Made by a program: the position numbers and the translations under genes
NCBI GenBank assembly: GCA_044225505.1
Contig: JBGAIN010000062.1
Location: 1 to 41,648, forward strand
DNA from: Limisphaerales bacterium
Lineage (GTDB): Bacteria > Verrucomicrobiota > Verrucomicrobiia > Limisphaerales > SIBE01
Reading direction: 5' to 3'
DNA length: 41,648 nucleotides
Part shown: one piece after another, positions 39,816 to 41,648 of the stretch
Numbering within the stretch: position 1 is the stretch's first letter
How the letters are laid out: the number at the start of each line of letters is the position of its first letter
Notes under the pieces: generated by a model
What the model saw: the letters and a program-made list of their open reading frames with translations, nothing else
Database searches by the model: none
What the model was told of the DNA's origin: nothing

Positions 39816-39843
39816 TGTTGCACTCGGATCAGCAATTGCTGAT
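39816..39843 (+). repeat. Dispersed element copy 5 (degenerate): TGTTGCACTC-GG-ATCAGCA-AT-TGCTGAT
   Basis: 8/10 head match and perfect 7-bp arms; followed by the 11-bp array at 39943. Confidence 0.5.
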
Positions 39844-39942
39844 TGGGAACTTGGGAGAACGCGGCATTCGAACTGGGGGGGCGGCGATGACCACGTCCGG
39901 AATCTTTTGCAATTACCCGAGACGCTGCTGGTCCACTGCCGG

Positions 39943-39986
39943 TTCTAGGCAGGTTCAGGGCAGGCTCTAGGCAGGTTCAGGGCAGG
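39943..39986. repeat. 11-bp tandem array YTCWRGGCAGG x4
   Basis: ttctaggcagg ttcagggcagg ctctaggcagg ttcagggcagg. Confidence 0.85.
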
Positions 39987-40191
39987 TAAAAGCGAGCGCA
40001 AGGCCAAGGCTTAGCCAGTACCAGGCCTGAGCAAGGCTACGGTGGCGAGTCTGCCCCGGGATGCGTTCTGGTCGCCCACAAAACTAATCACTTGGCCCAA
40101 TCACTCGGCCGTGGACACTTCTCGCCGGTGGCAGAAATTACCAAAATAGTTCATTAATTCCTGGACCTGTACTGGTTGGACTCGGATCAGC

Positions 40192-40345
40192 GGTTCCTCG
40201 CTGTTTTCAGTCGAATAGCAGCTGTGGCCGCCGTTGTGGGATTGGTATTTGACGTCCCGGCAGGGACGTTGTGACAGTAGCCCGGCCACTTCCAGTGCCG
40301 GGAACCCCGCGGAGGAAGTTTTCCAAGTCCCGAAAGGGACGGGCG
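40192..40345. repeat. REP/MITE-like element with three hairpins
   Basis: CGTCCC-GGCA-GGGACG (40253), CCCGGC-CACTTCCAGT-GCCGGG (40281) and GTCCC-GAAA-GGGAC (40327). The left boundary is approximate. Confidence 0.7.
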
Positions 40346-40583
40346 AACCCATCGGGAACCAAGCGCGGCCCCTGCGTTTGATGACCGGCTTACATCTCGT
40401 TCGGCGCCAAAGAGCTGGCGTTGGCGGCGGTTGCCCGACACAAGGTTTCATCGGAAGGGCAGTCCCCCCTGGCGGGGCTCATCTGGGTGGCGCCCGGGAT
40501 TCTCGGCGCTAAAGCGACCGAGCTAGTGCGCTGTCCCCTAATTCCGTAGGCTTTTGGGAGCTACGACAGGAGGCCCCCGTCGT

Positions 40584-40872
40584 TCATGAAGCTCGTTTGT
40601 CGAAAAGGTCGGCAAATATTCGGAGGCCAACTACATGATCGGCATGCCCATCGTATGTTCGAAGTGCAAAATGGATTTCTGCTCCGGCGCGACCACGTCG
40701 CTGAGCGAGGTGACTCACTATGAAATATTTGTTGCTGTGTTTCTTTATTNAAATGCGAACCCCAATTGATCCAGTAGCGGGCATTGGAAACACTCTCATT
40801 AATCAGGAGCGAACGAGCAAGGGCGGCGCATTCGGACTCATCTTCGGGCCACTGGAAGGGGGCTTCGTTCAT
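40584..40872 (-). CDS. Gene-cassette ORF interrupted by an assembly gap (N at 40750)
   Basis: ATG 40872 is 16 nt after the attC R' (MNEAPFQWPEDESECAALARSLLINE...). The sequence past the N reads best in a different frame, ending at 40584. Confidence 0.45.
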
Positions 40873-40888
40873 GGCGAGTGCTTGAAAC

Positions 40889-40981
40889 GGCGAACGATAA
40901 ATTGACCGACAGCGGCGCGCATTTGGCTTCAAATTCACCAAGGCGTGCGCCGCCACTGCTCGGTCCAATGTCTCGTTACGC
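40889..40981 (-). mobile_element. Integron attC site (93 bp)
   Basis: Minus strand: GCGTAAC-GAGAC-ATTGGACC-GAGCAGTGGCG...CGCCGCTGTC-GGTCAAT-TTATC-GTTCGCC. Confidence 0.88.
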
Positions 40982-40991
40982 CGTGAGTTGC

Positions 40992-41423
40992 TCATTGTTC
41001 GGCTTGTTTACTTAAAGGTTCGATCCGTCTGCCAGATGCCAGCAACAGGGCACCGCTTCGTTCAACCGTCAACGGTAGGGTCAACCGCAAGTGCGCACGC
41101 CAGACCTCGTTCTGATTCTCAGGGCCAGCAACATCAACAGAGCCGTAGGTCCAGATCACTCCTGAGTCCGTCGTCACTGTGACTCTTCCCTCTGTATGCG
41201 GCACCACGGCGACGGAATCGACTGGAATTGGTACCGTCCTTTTCGTGTGGTCGGTGTAGAGCGCAATCGACTGCCCCACGCAGTTAGTGATACGCAACTC
41301 CGTAGCGAGCGGTGCTGAGATCCCCTCATACATCGCTCGTTGGAACCAATACCCGCTTCCGGCAATGACGGCAATCACCGCTATCGACATGGCTCCACGG
41401 CGAGCGATCTTAGCAGCGCTCAT
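40992..41423 (-). CDS. Gene-cassette ORF, membrane-anchored or secreted hypothetical protein (143 aa)
   Basis: Fills the space between two attC sites; hydrophobic N-terminal SIAVIAVIAGSGYWF. Confidence 0.8.
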   Translation of the reverse strand: MSAAKIARRGAMSIAVIAVIAGSGYWFQRAMYEGISAPLATELRITNCVGQSIALYTDHTKRTVPIPVDSVAVVPHTEGRVTVTTDSGVIWTYGSVDVAGPENQNEVWRAHLRLTLPLTVERSGALLLASGRRIEPLSKQAEQ

Positions 41424-41444
41424 TGATCGACGGTTCCGCTTCTG

Positions 41445-41537
41445 GCGTAACGGTCGCCATCACCGACTCCGCGCCGAAGGTTTTCGATGTGGAACCTAAA
41501 CCTAATCGCGGAGCTCGTGTGCATGGCGTAGTTAGCG
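41445..41537 (-). mobile_element. Integron attC site (93 bp)
   Basis: Minus strand: CGCTAAC-TACGC-CATGCAC-ACGAGCTCCGCG...CGCGGAGTCG-GTGATG-GCGACC-GTTACGC. Confidence 0.85.
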
Positions 41538-41544
41538 CTTTGGA

Positions 41545-41648
41545 TCAACTTCTCCACATTTCGACCTTTCGCTTCAAATCTTTGGACAGGCTCGCGCCCC
41601 AAACGTTCGCCATAATCTCGCGAAAGCTCGGTACCGTTTGGCACAGGG
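41545..41648 (-). CDS. C-terminus of the next cassette ORF (runs off the window)
   Basis: ...LCQTVPSFREIMANVWGASLSKDLKRKVEMWRS* stops 7 nt before the attC R''. Confidence 0.5.
   Translation of the reverse strand, partial: LCQTVPSFREIMANVWGASLSKDLKRKVEMWRS

Noticed and set aside
40561..40995. 144-aa ORF as a single gene
   Set aside because: It reads through an attC and an N gap; the real start is probably 40872.
1..41648. tRNA/rRNA genes, riboswitches, reverse transcriptase/DGR/retron, prophage genes
   Set aside because: None recognised by eye; an Infernal/Rfam scan would be needed to exclude small RNAs.

Overview
Bacterial chromosomal window from a scaffolded or MAG-type assembly (60-N gap at 32152-32211, single N at 40750). 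The gene content points to the PVC superphylum, most likely Verrucomicrobiota (inference): a DUF1501 + PSCyt/DUF1549/DUF1553 pair, three membrane-anchored ECF sigma factors with long C-terminal extensions, a PEP-CTERM-like protein and a Tat-exported Gfo/Idh/MocA enzyme. Bases 1-35.7 kb are gene-dense: PI-PLC, ECF sigmas (one broken by an out-of-frame deletion), TIM-barrel isomerase, GNAT, SPFH pair, GH141-like beta-helix-PDZ protein, stand-alone A-PCP-TE NRPS with a proline-like code, tricorn protease, dehydrogenases and uncharacterised secreted enzymes. Bases 35.7-41.6 kb are an accessory, decaying region that the ORF track does not explain. It holds (1) an integrase-less integron cassette array on the minus strand (4 clear attC, 1 degenerate attC, 1 attI-like site, and a decayed ParE-type toxin-antitoxin cassette); (2) remnants of a Y1/HUH transposase family with GGGGTCAG-type ends that interrupt cassette genes; and (3) REP-like elements and a (CGTAAT)n microsatellite. 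The least explained signal is a dispersed non-coding element, TGTCKCACAC-NN-[variable-arm palindrome with CA-W2/3-TG core], seen 5 times and often followed by 11-bp-period repeat arrays. The three ECF genes also share a promoter-like motif directly abutting their start codons. All family assignments come from motif recognition by eye; no searches were run.
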